A DNA stretch of 64,000 nt, taken from positions 7,938,001 through 8,002,000 of the forward strand of contig CM075996.1 in assembly GCA_038087875.1 (NCBI GenBank). The letters are read 5' to 3'. Below are positions 23,912-36,544 of the stretch, one piece after another. Every line of letters starts with the position of its first letter. Position 1 is the first letter of the stretch. This DNA is from Malacoraja senta. Its lineage: Eukaryota. The notes beneath the pieces were generated by a model, which searched no databases, was not told the DNA's origin, and saw nothing but the letters and a program-made list of their open reading frames with translations. Position numbers and translations under genes: made by a program.

Positions 23912-25595
23912 CACCTATATTTAAAAAAGGAAGTAAACAGAAGGCGGGTAACTATAGACCGGTTAGTCTAACATCGGTGGTGGGTAAAATGTTAGAGACA
24001 ATTATTAAAGAAACACTAACGGGGCACTTGGATAAACATGACTTCATCGGACAGAACCAGCATGGTTTTGTGAAGGGGAAGTCCTGTTTAACGAATCTGC
24101 TCGAATTCTTTGAGGAAGTAACAACCCGGGTGGATAAAGGGGAACCGGTGGATGTGGTATACTTGGACTTCCAAAAGGCTTTTGACAAGGTGCCACATAA
24201 GAGACTATTGCTAAAAATAAAAAAATTATGGGATTGGGGGTAATATATTAGCATGGGTAGAGGATTGGCTAACAAATAGGAAGCAGAGAGTGGGGATAAA
24301 TGGTTCATACTCGGGATGGCAACCGGTAACTAGCGGGGTTCCGCAAGGGTCGGTGCTGGGACCCCAGTTGTTCACAATTTATATAAATGATTTGGAGGAG
24401 GGAACCAAGTGTAATATATCAAAATTTGCGGACGATACAAAAATGGGAGGAAAAGTAGGGGATGAGGAGGATAGGAAGAGTCTGCAAAAGGATATAGATA
24501 AGCTAGGTGAGTGGGCAACAACTTGGCAGATGAAATTTAATACTAATAAATGTGAAGTCATTCACTTTGGGAAAAAAAATGATAGGGCAAGTTATTTTCT
24601 AAATGAGGTGGAGCTGCGTTGTAATGCAACGCAAAGGGATCTAGGGGTAGTAGTACATGAATCACTAAAAGTTAGTATGCAGGTGCAGCAAGCAATCAGG
24701 AAGGCCAATGGAGTTTTGGCCTTTATTGCTAGGGGGATTGAGTATAAAAACACGGAGGTCTTGCTGCAGCTGTACACAGTATTAGTGAGACCACATTTGG
24801 AATACTGTGTACAGTTCTGGGGTCCATACTTAAGAAAGGATGTACTGGCCCTGGAGGCAGTGCAGCGAAGGTTTACAAGATTAATTCCTGCAATGAGGGG
24901 ATTGACATATGAGGAAAGGTTAAGTAGGCTGGAACTCTACTCTTTGGAGTTTAGAAGAATGAGAGGCGATCTCATTGAAACATATAAGATCGTGAGGGGC
25001 CTTGATCGGGTGGATGCACCGAGGATGTTCCCAATGATCGGGGAAACTAGAACTAGGGGACATAGTTGTAGAATAAGAGGGGGCTCTTTAAAACTGAGAT
25101 GAGGAAGAACTTCTTCACCCAGAGGGTGGTTAATTTATGGAATTCACTGCCCCAGGGAGCAGTGGAAGCAGAAACATTAAATATATTTAAGTCTAAAATA
25201 GATGGTTTTTTAGCTGCCAAGGGGATAAGGGGCTACGGGGAGAGGGCAGGGATATGGACCTAGGTATGGTTAGTATAGTAAGACCTGAGTGATCTCCTGG
25301 ACAAGTGTCGATCGCCTGGATTGGGGTCGGAGAGGAATTTCCCGGATTTTTTTCCCGAATTGGACCTGGGTTTTTATCCGTTTTTTTGCCTCCCCCAGGA
25401 GATCACGCGGTTCTTGGGGTGGAGAGGGGTGATAGCGATATAAAGGGGAGGGTAGTGTCTTGTGTTCTGTGTCTTGTGTCTACTGTTTGTGGGTAAGGGT
25501 GTCTGTTTAGTGTTCAGCCATGAGCGAATGGCGGTGCGGGCTCGATGGGCCTGGTGGTCTACTCTCGCACCTACTTTCTATGTTTCTATGTTTCT
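23912..25595 (+). mobile_element. CR1 LINE, long RT-containing 3' part inserted into an HE1-like SINE
   Basis: NYRPVSL, QHGF, YLDFQKAFDKVPH, GVPQGSVLGP, KFADDTK; (TTTCTATG)n tail; the SINE resumes at ~25596. Confidence 0.92.
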
Positions 25596-26154
25596 AACTC
25601 TACCGCTGCGCCATCTCCCCAATACTCCTCTATCCCTCTTAATGATTATCCTTAAATCCTAGCTGGCGGCCAAAATTTTGGCCATCTGTCCAAATACTTC
25701 TATGTGACTCAATATCAAATGCCTTTTGATAGCATCCCTGTGGAGTGTCTTGGAATAGTTTCCAACGTTTAAGGTTTGTCATAAATAAAAGCTGCAACTC
25801 AGAATGGTGCAGGAACATGATCTGTTGATGGAACCAGCCTGCCTGGATATCCAGTCCCAAAGATTGTCCAGTGATTTGTACCAGATGGCTTTAAGATTTA
25901 CAATGGAAGACACAAAATAAAATTGCCATATATAATAAAAATGATTGTTAATAAATCCAGTTGGGAAATCAGTCAAAAGTTTATTACAATGTGGACCATG
26001 TCACAAGGAGTCATTGAGCTAGAAAGTAAACATGAGGAAGAACATACAATTAGCACTTGAGATTATAGACAGGAAGGGCAATTGTCTCTTTCTTTGTTTG
26101 TTATTTTCATCTCCCAAGATTTCTAGTTTCACTTGCAATTGTCATTTTTGGAGA

Positions 26155-27298
26155 GATTAGTGGACAAAATTAGGGCACGGTATTGGGATACGGTATACAT
26201 CAATAAACAATGTATTACAATATACATCAATGCTGACATGGATAGAGAAGTGGTTGGCAGACAGGAAACAAAGAGTAGGGATTAACTGGTCCCTTTCAGA
26301 ATGGCAGGCAGTGACTAGTGGGATACCGCAAGGCTCGGTGCTGGGACTGCAGCTATTTACAATATACATCAATGATTTGGATGAAGGGATTCAAAGTAAC
26401 ATTAGCAAATTTGCAGATGACACAAAGCTGGTGGCAGTGTGAACTGTGAGGAGGATGCTATGAGAATGCAGGGTGACTTGGACAGGTTGGGGGAGTGGGC
26501 AGATGAAGATTAATGCAGATAAATGTGAGGTTATCCACTTTGGTAGCAAAAACAGGAAGGCAGATTGCTATCTAAATGGCGTCAAGTTGGGAAAAGGGGA
26601 AGTACAACGGGATCCGGGGGTCCTTGTTCATCAGTCTATGAAAGTAAGCAGCAGGTACAGCAGGCAGTGAAGAAAGCGAATGGCATGTTGGCCTTTATAA
26701 CAAGAGGAATCGAATATAGGAGCAAAGAGGTCCTTCTGCAGTTGTACAGAGCCCTAGTGAGACCACACCGGGAGTATTGTGTGCAGTTTTGGTCCCCTAA
26801 TTTGAGGAAGGACGTTCTTGCTATTGAGGGAGTGCAGCGTAGGTTTACAAGATTAATTCCCGGGATGGCAGGACTGTCATATGCTGAGAGAGTGGAGCAG
26901 CTGGGCTTGTACATTCTGGAGTTTAGAAGGATGAGAGGGTATCTCATTGAAACATATAAGATTGTTAAGGGTTTGGACTTGCTAGAGGCAGGAAACATGT
27001 TCCCGATGTTGGGGGAGTCCAGAACCAGCAGCCACAGTTTAAGAATAAGGAGTAAGCCATTTAGAACGGAGACGAGGAAACACTTTTTCTCACATTGAGT
27101 GTGGAATTCTCTGCCTCAGAGGGCGGTGGAGGCAGGTTCTGTAGATGCTTTCAAGAGAGCTAGATAGGGCTCTTAAAGATAGCGGAGTCAGGGGATATGG
27201 GGAGAAGGCTAGAACGGGGTACTGATTGGGGATGATCACATTGAATGATGGTGCTGGCTCGAAGGGCCAAATGGCCTACTCCTGCACTTATGTCTATT
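26155..27298 (+). mobile_element. CR1 LINE RT fragment
   Basis: [20 protein letters not shown] 26565-27098. Confidence 0.9.
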
Positions 27299-27682
27299 AT
27301 TCGGTTGACACGTTGTTTTTTTCAGCTTTATTTGCATTATCCAGTCTGGATAGGAGTCACTTTTGAAGAAGGTGTTCAGTTCCTTAATACCTTTCCAAGA
27401 TATTACACACTACAGTAGTATAATAAAGTTTTCTGCCATTATGGTAAATGCTACCAGGTAGTCGTCATTGAGGTAAGTCACCACACTCTTCTTAGGCAAT
27501 AGATGCCCATTTTGAAGCAGGTGGAAACCCCAAACCACAGAAGTAAGTGACTGAAGATGTCCTTGAACACTCTAAGCAGTTGGTTGGCACAGGTCTTCAG
27601 CACTCGGCCAGATACTCTGTCTGGGCTGAACGCTTTGAGTGGATGATCCACCCAACGTTAGAAATGAAAGTTTGATTCAGAA

Positions 27683-28045
27683 GAATCACCATGAAGAAAG
27701 CCCAGCAGCGTCTCCACTTCCTGAGGAAAGCCCCCCCCCGCCCCATTCTACAGAGGAACTATAGAGAGCATCCCGAGTAGCTGCATCACTGCCTGGTTTG
27801 GAAACTGCACCAGCATGGACCGCAAGAACCTGCAGCGAGTAGTGAGGTCAGCCGAAAAGATCATCGGAGTCTCTCTTCCCCCCCCCCCCCCCCCCCCATC
27901 TCAGACATCTACACCACACTGCATCCGCAAAGCAACCAGCATTGCGGAGGACCCCACCCACCCCTCACATAAACTTTTCTCGCCCCTCCCATCTGGCAAA
28001 AGGCACCAAAGCATATGGTCCCTCACAGCCAGACTATGCAACCAT
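27683..28045 (+). mobile_element. L2/Rex1-type LINE 3' fragment
   Basis: KKAQQRLHFLR..CITAWFGNC..DRKNLQRVVRSAEKIIG..DPTHPSHKLFSPLPSGKR. Confidence 0.75.
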
Positions 28046-28254
28046 GTGTATAGCGCAGTATATCTTTCTATGTAGCATGTTGTCCAATTGTGTCCTATGT
28101 AGCACCGAGGTTCTAGGGAAACGCTATCTCATTGCACTGTGTACTGTCAATATGGCTGTACTGACAATAAACCCTCTTGAATCTTGTATTTAACAACACT
28201 TTGAAAGTTCCTCCCAATATGTAACCATGATGTATTCCATTCACTGACAACCAC

Positions 28255-29996
28255 CTATTCCAAGTGAAACTTTCCAAATACACGCCGCCTGGTATCTTCA
28301 TTATTGCTTACAAATTCCTCAGCTATGATGTGAGAATCCACTTTTGATAGCCGCTCCTTGTGCACACTGCAGATCATGAGATGGTTCAGCCTCTCCTGAG
28401 ACATGGTGGTGCGAAGCCATGTTTTAATGCCGCGTAGTGTGCTGAACGATCGTTCCGCCTCGCATAGACTGGCTGGAGATATCAGAACCAGTCTTAACAG
28501 TGCCTCAACTCGAGGGAACATCTGTCGTACTTCTGGACACATTCCTTTGAAAACCTGCCTGTACTCCTCAATAGTTGCCCGTGGGAACCGCATCCTGAAA
28601 AACGTAAGTTCTGAGTGAAGTGTCTCAAGTTCAGGAAACCTGTCTACCAAATCCTGATGAAAATCGCCCTTTAGAAGCATTGAGGAGAGTTGCTTTTGTT
28701 CCACCAGGTCTGTGGCTAACGGCTGAATTTTCTTAATTTCCACCTGGCATCTGGATATGTTTCCTGCCCCGCAATAAGCCTGGGCCCGTAAGTTGTCGAT
28801 TGGCAGCTGCAACCTTGTAAGCACGTCGACGATCATCCTCGCAAGGTCTGCTCCAGTAGTGGAGTTAATCTGATACAGTCCCACAAACTCATCCTTAATG
28901 TCAAACACTTCATTCACAAACCGAACGCAGATCGACTTTTGCTCGGTGCCTGTGCAGTCCCGAGTCCCATCAACCAGAACACCGAAGAATGGTGTTGATT
29001 GAACGTCTTTACAAATGCTTCTGAGTATATGATGACTTAGAAGTTGGAGAATCTCATTTTGGCACAGTCCAGAAGTATAGTTTGTTTTCTTCTGCAGCCA
29101 AGTCTTAAAGTCCCCGTCACGAGATGAGAAGAGGTTAAGCAATGCTGTAAAGTTGCCTTCACTGTCTTCGTTCCCACGTAACGGCAGACCTTGCTGGGTG
29201 AGATACTGCAGCGCTTCAATTATCTGCACTAGGGATTTCTGGGCCACGACCTGTTCTTGGCTTAATTGTTTGCTCAGCTGGTCATTAATGTCACATGGCT
29301 TGTTGCTTGGGAAACTAATGTCACATGGCTTGGGAAACAAGTTTGCACTGGCAATATTGTGGCATATAGACATTTGATGAGCTTGGAATTTTTCAATGCC
29401 CTTTTTCCAGTTCTTAAAACCTCTCGAGATAAATGTCTGCTCCTTGTATTTTGACATTTTCAATAAGTCTAGTTCTGCTGCTACTACACAGGTATGGCAC
29501 AATACACCATCCACATTTGGTTCAATATGGAGCCATGGATACTCTTTAAACCACTTTGCCTGAAACTTAAGAGATCTATTTCTCAAACGCTGTATTGGCA
29601 AAGAAGAAAGGTTTGTCAGATGGTTGGGTTCCTGTGGCAACAACATTGATGTCAGTGCAGCTCCTGCAGAGGGAGATGTCAAAGAAGTCCCTTCATGAAT
29701 GGAACAAAATGGTTCATCATTCCCGTATTCTGGAGACGAGGACAAAGGATCATCAGTTGGGAAAACTACATTTACACATGGACTACCACTGGTCAACACT
29801 GGAGTGTCTGGTCTGGTAGCTGATGATGACAAAATGGGACTACATGGTGTAGTAGCAGAAGATGTCATGCCTGGACTTCCTGATCTGATTGGAGATGTCT
29901 TGACTGGACTAGTAGTAGATGCAGTAACTGGAATTTCTGGTCTGTTTGCAATTATTATGACAGGATTGGTAGCATAGGATGACAAGTCCGCACTGC
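28255..29996 (-). CDS. Last exon of a ZMYM1-like, hAT-transposase-derived gene (TTF-type Zn finger, DUF4371-like core, hATC dimerisation domain)
   Basis: Open ~580 codons: KFQAKWFKEYPWL..CHTC..GFKNWKK..H..H; QGLPLRG; NYTS..QNEI; FGVLVDGTRD; PASLCEAERSFSTL..LRTTMSQERLNHL. Preceded by a polypyrimidine tract and AG acceptors (exon start 30001 or 29996). Confidence 0.85.
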
Positions 29997-30547
29997 CTGG
30001 ACTGTGAATGGAAGGAGATAAACAATAATTGATACAAAGAAATCAATCATTCAAGATAGTAAACAACTCTCAAAGGCGAATTAAACTGCAGTTTCGCATG
30101 AATATCACAGACCTTGCTGTAGTAAATCAATTTGCACTTGAATTTTGGCCTTTCAGACTTCTGATGGCCTGAAGATGTTTATATTGCCTTCTTCCAATAG
30201 TATTTCATCAAGCTGACATAAACATTAGATACTGCAAAATCATGCTGTGACAATATGATGTCGGATCTCGTGATTAGTTAGCTAGATCTAGAATTTAATC
30301 AATGTAATACTGGGCGTCAAAATAAACTTGTCATGTTTTATTGTTAATACATGTAACTCTCTGGTTGTCTCTTCAATTTTAATGAAATCTTCACAACATA
30401 AAGCTGAAGAGTATGACTTTTTGTGGGTGCATTTTTTGTGATATAATTTATCTGTAATCGTGAATGAACGTGTACTTAGATTGCAGTTTTGATGGAAAAA
30501 ACAGGGCAGAAATATGCAGAGATTTTCCTTTCATCAGGAGGGGGACA

Positions 30548-30550
<3 letters not shown>

Positions 30551-30583
<33 letters not shown>
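30551..30583. repeat. (AAT)11 microsatellite
   Basis: Direct read; probably the tail of a reverse-oriented retroposon. Confidence 0.9.
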
Positions 30584-32037
30584 CATTTTATTTACTGGCG
30601 CCTTTCTAAAACCCAAGGACACCTTACAATGCATAGAATCACAACAAAACAGAAAACACATAATCGGAATAAATTAAATAAGAAAACACCACAGTACACA
30701 AATCAAGGACAGAATTCAGAATTTAATACATCAACCCCCTTCCCTGTAACAAAAGAGTTACATAACGATCATCACCACTGGTGTATGTACATATTTCTTG
30801 TGATTTGTGAACTAAATGTGGTGTCTACCAAGCCAGATGAATAACAAATAGGTAATCAAAGTGACAACCTTCAGTTTACTAACAAAAAAAGGCGGGTTTT
30901 TTTTGACATTCAGTGTAAATTGGATATCATGAGGTAAAATTGATGAAAATGAGACTGAATCTAGCCTAAATAAGTGCAAGTCCCAGGTAAAGTATATGCA
31001 CATATTAAGTAACATTCTTGCATGGGATCACTGAACAAGAAGGGGCTGCTCGTACATGGCAGATTTCCTGCAGTTTCTTACATGCAATAATATTCATGCA
31101 AAATTTTAAAAAAGTGAAATGAAATAGGTAGTTGATCCGCATTTTAAATATACCTTTTGGAAAGTGGCACCTGGAAAAATAAATGTAGTGTTCCTGGTCT
31201 CTCCTTTTTTATTTGAGGTGACGGATAAACCAGAGTATGGAAATCTGCAGATCAAGCATATTTTCTGGGAGATTAATTTCATAAAAGATAAAGTGCACCA
31301 TACTGTAGAAACATTGCTTTTCTGCAATTGTAACTTTTAAAAATAAAGAAATGAAGGAAAGCAAAATAAAAAATATTAGTAAATGATTGTCATTTTAATA
31401 CACCTTGAACTGGCCATGCATGCTCCCAAGTCATCTTGATAAAAAAAAGTTTTCCACATATTATTATCCATGATATTTCAAACTATGAGCTTGCATATAT
31501 CATGCATGTTCAAAATAAGTGTCCTGCAAAAACATGCATTTTGTCACATGTAGAGTTAGCTCCAGATAAAAAGAACAAGTTCATGTGTGCCATTTTGGAG
31601 CTTGTGGGATCTTTGTATATATTACCTTTGTAATATTTGCTGGCATGCAGATTATATTAGTCCACATAAATTTAGCATAGATTTCTATGAATTGCACTAC
31701 CTTGGTGAGGGAATTATGCATGGTATTGTGTGCATGGGGCCAGAATTCAGATATTTGAACCGCGCCTGCTACACACTGGAAAATACCCTGATGGCTAAAA
31801 TGAATCTCATGAGAATCTGAGAATACATGTTTAAATAATTGGGCTGATATTTTGTGTAATAGTAATTTTAGATTCTTATTGATACAATACAAATAAGCTT
31901 AATGTATTCTAGGAACAAAATAAAGAAAGATGACTTTGTTTTCAGGTGGCCTTGAATCCTGCACTGTATTCAAAATTGTTTGGGTTAAGTTTACAACTCA
32001 ATTCATTAAAAAATACTGAATATATACCGGTCGGTAC

Positions 32038-32100
32038 CTTCATTGCAACACTTGACCAAATCTGAATTCACAGAATATGATTGCTCTTCTGGGCTTGCCT
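32038..32100 (-). CDS. Candidate internal exon of the hAT-derived gene
   Basis: ttttttttaaaccag|AG GCA..EASPEEQSYSVNSDLVKCCNE G|gtacc; phase 1 to phase 1. Confidence 0.55.
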
Positions 32101-32614
32101 CTGGTTTAAAAAAAACAAAAAAACAATTTATAATACAAACTCAAATACTGGTGTAATGTCTGTATTTATTTCATGAAAAATATAGGTATTTCAGGTCTTT
32201 GAAGCGTTGCCTGGTGACAATGGTTATATACTATTGGGTCATAGTAACGTCAGTGGCAGTCGATCACCGTGTAGATGTTAGCGTTCTTTCCTTACATAAA
32301 GCTTCTGAAAGGAAGATGGATTATAGTATAATAGATAAAGAGGCAAATTGAGAAGAAATTTGAACAAATTCATATCAATATTTCCTAAGGAACCTGTTGG
32401 AAATATCCTTGATTTCAAAAAATTGTAAAGATGCAGCAACAACATAAAAAACATCTACATGTATAGTACCTTTTGTTTAAGGCGTGTTGGTTGTATAGGA
32501 TTTTTTTTTAATCCTTATTTTATTACAAGGGGTATCTTTGATTATTTCATAAAGTTGGTGATTATTTTTCTTAGTTGACGACAGGTCGAGAGCAATGGAA
32601 CATTTAAGACATAC

Positions 32615-32714
32615 CTCTTACAATCCATTTGACTGTCCTTCCTGTTAATTGAGAATCAATAGCAGTCTGCTCACACTTTAGTCGCTTTGAAGGTTTCCTC
32701 TCCACCTTATTCAG
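32615..32714 (-). CDS. Candidate internal exon of the hAT-derived gene
   Basis: tcttttgctgtttaacatcaaag|LNKVERKPSKRLKCEQTAIDSQLTGRTVKWIVR G|gtatgt; phase 0 to phase 1; NLS-like RKPSKRLK. Confidence 0.55.
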
Positions 32715-33157
32715 CTTTGATGTTAAACAGCAAAAGACAAACATTATTAGTGAAGCCAAAGGACATACTTTTTATTGAACACATTTGAGAAATTATTAGT
32801 GCCATGAATTTACACACTAAGAGACACAAACGGCAATACCCACTGAGTCTATGTTGTATTTGCATTTATCCTGCATATTTTTCTCAGTAAGTATACTGAA
32901 AAAAATTCAACACGAGGTGAATGTTAAATCCATTTCAATTTAATAGAATAGTCACCCTACATAGTGCATCGTTTAACTCGATTCATTCATTTCTTTTTTT
33001 TTAAAAAGAAAGTATGCAGTTTCATTTAGAAACAGGAGGGGAAGAGAAGCAATACAGGTAGCTCAGTAGAATTGAAAGCTGTTGCCATGTCATGCATATT
33101 AAGCTTATTTCACATTTCTTCTCTAAATTGCATAAATGGATTCAACCAGACATGGCA

Positions 33158-33776
33158 ACACTTGTCCCTTCACCTCCCACCTCGACTCCATTCAAGGACC
33201 CAAGCAGTCGTTCCAGGTGCGAGAGGTTCACCTGCATCTCCTCCAACCTCATCTATTGCATCCGCTGCTCTAGATGTCAGCTGATCTACATCGGTGAGAC
33301 AAAGCGGAGGCTTGGCGATCGTTTCGCCAAACACCTCTGTTCGGTCCGCAATAACCAACCTGACCTCCCGGTGGCTCAGCACTTCAACTCCCCCTCCCAT
33401 TCCGTATCCGACCTCTGTCCTGGGTCTCCTCCATGGCCAGAGCGAGCAACACCGGAAATTGGAGGAATTGCACCATATTCCGCTTGGGCAGTCTGCATCC
33501 TGGGGGCATGAACATTGAATTCTCCCAATTTTGCTAGCCCTTGCTGTCTCCTCCCCTTCCTCAGCCCTCTGGCTGTCTCCTCCCAACCCTCAACCCTCGG
33601 GCTCCTCCTCCGCCTTTTTCCTTTCCTCTCCCCACCCCCAATCAGTCTGAAGAAGGGTATCGGCCCGAAACGTTGCCTATTTCCTTCGCTCCATAGATGC
33701 TGCTGCACCCGCTGAGTTTCTCCAGCATTTCTGTGTACCTTCGATTTTCCAGCATCTACAGTTCCTTCTTTAACAC
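33158..33776 (+). mobile_element. Penelope-like element 3' part (GIY-YIG endonuclease plus terminal repeat with hammerhead motif)
   Basis: FTCISSNLIYCIRCSRCQLIYIGETKRRLGDRFAKH..PVAQHFNSPSH; CTGAAGAAGGGTATCGGCCCGAAACGTT at 33647-33674. Confidence 0.9.
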
Positions 33777-33966
33777 ATGGTAGGGATGATTATGTGGACA
33801 AATAGGTCTTAAGTCTTTCAAATGATCCAGAATCCAAATTTGGCAGGTAGCATCCTCAATAGAAATTGCTTGGGATTGGCCAAGTTGAGAAATGAGGGAT
33901 ATGGATAGAGAACTAGACTTAGTCTGGAGCCTAGAAGAGCTGCTACCAGGGCCTACTCATACTCAC

Positions 33967-34023
33967 ATCCGAAACGGGATTCCTCTGACACCAGACATCT
34001 CCAACTCTTCCTGAACGTTCCAT
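33967..34023 (-). CDS. Candidate start-codon exon of the hAT-derived gene (exon ~34065-33967)
   Basis: atgcag| acceptor at 34065; ATG at 34023; MERSGRVGDVWCQRNPVSD|gtgagt; phase 0 matches the next exon. Confidence 0.55.
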
Positions 34024-34990
34024 AATCAATTAATTATTTTCAGTCCAGAATTCAAAGATATTGATCTGCATATCAAGATCAGAAATAGACGATCAGATAC
34101 ACATGGCACACTAGTGACACCACGTGCACCGTACAATGTAAATTACTGCTTAACATAAGTAAATTTAAATTCATATTAACTCGGAATCCTTTGTACTTCC
34201 AAAACAATTAATCAGACCTTTTTTTTGTAACATACTGTGATTGATTTCTCTTTAATCGGAAGGACAAAAAATGAATAATAATGTGACCTGTTCTACTTTA
34301 AAACCAAAAATTTAAATTACTGATAATATTCAAACACAGACAAACACACGCGAGGGATCCGCCATGGGCCCTGTGGACGGTAACATTGGGAGCTGACCTG
34401 GTTGGTGACTGACTCCGAACTCCAGTAACAGCAGATTCGTCCGCCCTGAATCGTGGGGCTTGAATCGGCCCGCTTGCGGGGCCTTTCATCGCCCGATGCT
34501 GCTTAAAATCGACCGGCGGGGGCTCCAACATAGGGGGCATCGATCACCGCGACGCAGCAGTTTGACTGCCTGACCGCGGGGCGATGGAAGTTTCTGCGGC
34601 CGATTTTAAGCCGTGCCAGGCAATGAAAGGCCCTGCAAACGGGCCAATCAGCCATTAGATAGCGTCTGATACCCGCTTGAATCTTTCAAAAGCTACAAAT
34701 GTGATGAATAAAACTTAAACAGATAAAACTGAAGCAAATAAAGGCAAACAGAAGAACCAACCTTGGAGGGAGGGGGAGAGAGAGAGATGAGCTGAGAAAA
34801 ACATACTAAATAACGTGAGTGACCGTGAATGAGGGACTTACCTGCAAGCCAGCCAGGAAACCCGTTCGACCGGAGCACGACCCGTTTAAATCTTTCCCAT
34901 CCACCAATACATCCAATTAGTTCAAATGGTAATTGTACCCGCATCAGACAGATTTAAGAAATTCTCCGTTCAGTACTTGAATACTTGATG

Positions 34991-36544
34991 TAGGTATGTT
35001 ACAAAACTTACCTTCAGTCGCGCTGTAATTCTGCCACTGGCCGTGTGCGCGATTTTGGCGCCTTTAAGGGGGGGCGGGGTTAAAACACGGGTTTCTCCTC
35101 CCTTGTCCTGGTTAATATTTTGTTGGAGTACAAGCGTTGGCTGTTTTGTGTATTTTTTATTTTTATTAAATCGTCAATGTCAGCGCTAGAGTAATTTTAA
35201 AATCAGCTCCTGAAGCGTCAACGCCGATAACGGGGACGGATTTCACACACGGGACAGGTAAACGAAAGTGGTTTCTTTAAATGTATAAATGTATGTGGAT
35301 TTCAAATATGTTTGAAACATTACACCTAGAAGAGATAAGACTCCTCCTAGCAGGTAAACCAGATCACTTCCACCAGACGTGGTTTGCATTTATAGAATTA
35401 TTACAAATATAGGGTGCAAAAGTACTTAAAAAAAAAAAAATTGAGGTCAGGTAAGGGGGGATGATAGTTGAAGAGTTGGTATGTCCCATTTACGTAATGC
35501 TCATAAAAATATTTGTTTCTCTCTTTTTCCTCTTTCTCTTTCTCTTTCTTTTCTAGGGTCTATTTCTTAACTCTTTTTCTTTTGTTTTTAATTTTGCTCT
35601 TATAGGGTCTTTGTCCTTTTTTGTTGTCACATTTTCTACACTTTCACTTTTTCCTTCACTTTCTTCTTTCTTTCAATCTTTTCCTTTTCTAGTGTAAAAA
35701 ATAAATGGAGTACATTAATTGTAAGAAGATATAAATGACGAGTACTAATGTATGCGGTTGTAATGTAATGTACTTCTAATAAATAATAAAAAATAAAAAA
35801 AAAAAAAAAAAAAATGTATAAAAGTGCTTCTTAAGAAGCCTTTAATTCACATTTTTTCATGCGACACGGTGATTTTATTCCCCGAACTAACGGCAGTATT
35901 TTTCATGCCAATACGGGGTTAAATTCACCGCAAATCAACGTTCCAAAAGATCGCGTTCCAGAAATCCTCACTCACAAGATGATTTAAATGCCCATTAACA
36001 TTTACAGGTATTAAACATTCAATTCCTTCCATTTGGCCTGTAAATTCATGAAAATGAGATTTAAAAATTATGTTATATTGTGAATTATTGTGTGAATGTT
36101 ATTTGGACACAGGCTATTTAAAAATGTTAATCTATTCTTAAGAAATTGATAGATGTTTAGATCTAGTAATTGAATTTTGTAATTAGCTACAATTAGGTAA
36201 CTAACTAATTATATGCTTTACTTTCATGTCTTCTAAGTAAGATTGTTTCATATTTGTTTCAGAATGCTTCAATCTATAATAACTGAAAAATTATTTCAGT
36301 TATCTTAATTTTTAAGAAAGTTATGGGCTTTTAACTGTCCTCGATCACAGCTTTTGTGTTAAGTCAATGGAAAAGCAATAGGGAACAAGATGCTAATTTC
36401 CGAGTATGAAAATGGCCATAACTTCTTTAATACTGAAGATATGAAAGTGAATTAGGTGTCAAATTAAACTTCTTTTTATGCTTTATCTGATGGGATAAAT
36501 TGCAGACTTTATTTTTAAAATCTCAAAATTTTGTAACATTGCTA
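34991..36544. mobile_element. Non-autonomous DNA transposon with TAG..CTA ends (copy 1), interrupted by L1
   Basis: Ends TAGGTATGTTACAAAA / TTTTGTAACATTGCTA; flanking repeat CTTGATG at 34984-34990 and 36545-36551; a closely similar inverted copy lies at 51449-52489. Confidence 0.85.
35290..35811 (+). mobile_element. 5'-truncated L1 (ORF2 C-terminus, 3' UTR, polyA)
   Basis: WISNMFETLHLEEIRLLLAGKPDHFHQTWFAFIELLQI*; long polyA; TSD AAATGTATAAA at 35279-35289 and 35812-35822; absent from copy 2. Confidence 0.8.

Noticed and set aside
30112..31333. Additional small exons of the hAT-derived gene (~31304-31333, ~31154-31170, ~30112-30178)
   Set aside because: Splice-like signals exist, but not all phase combinations give an open frame, so they cannot be supported without RNA data.
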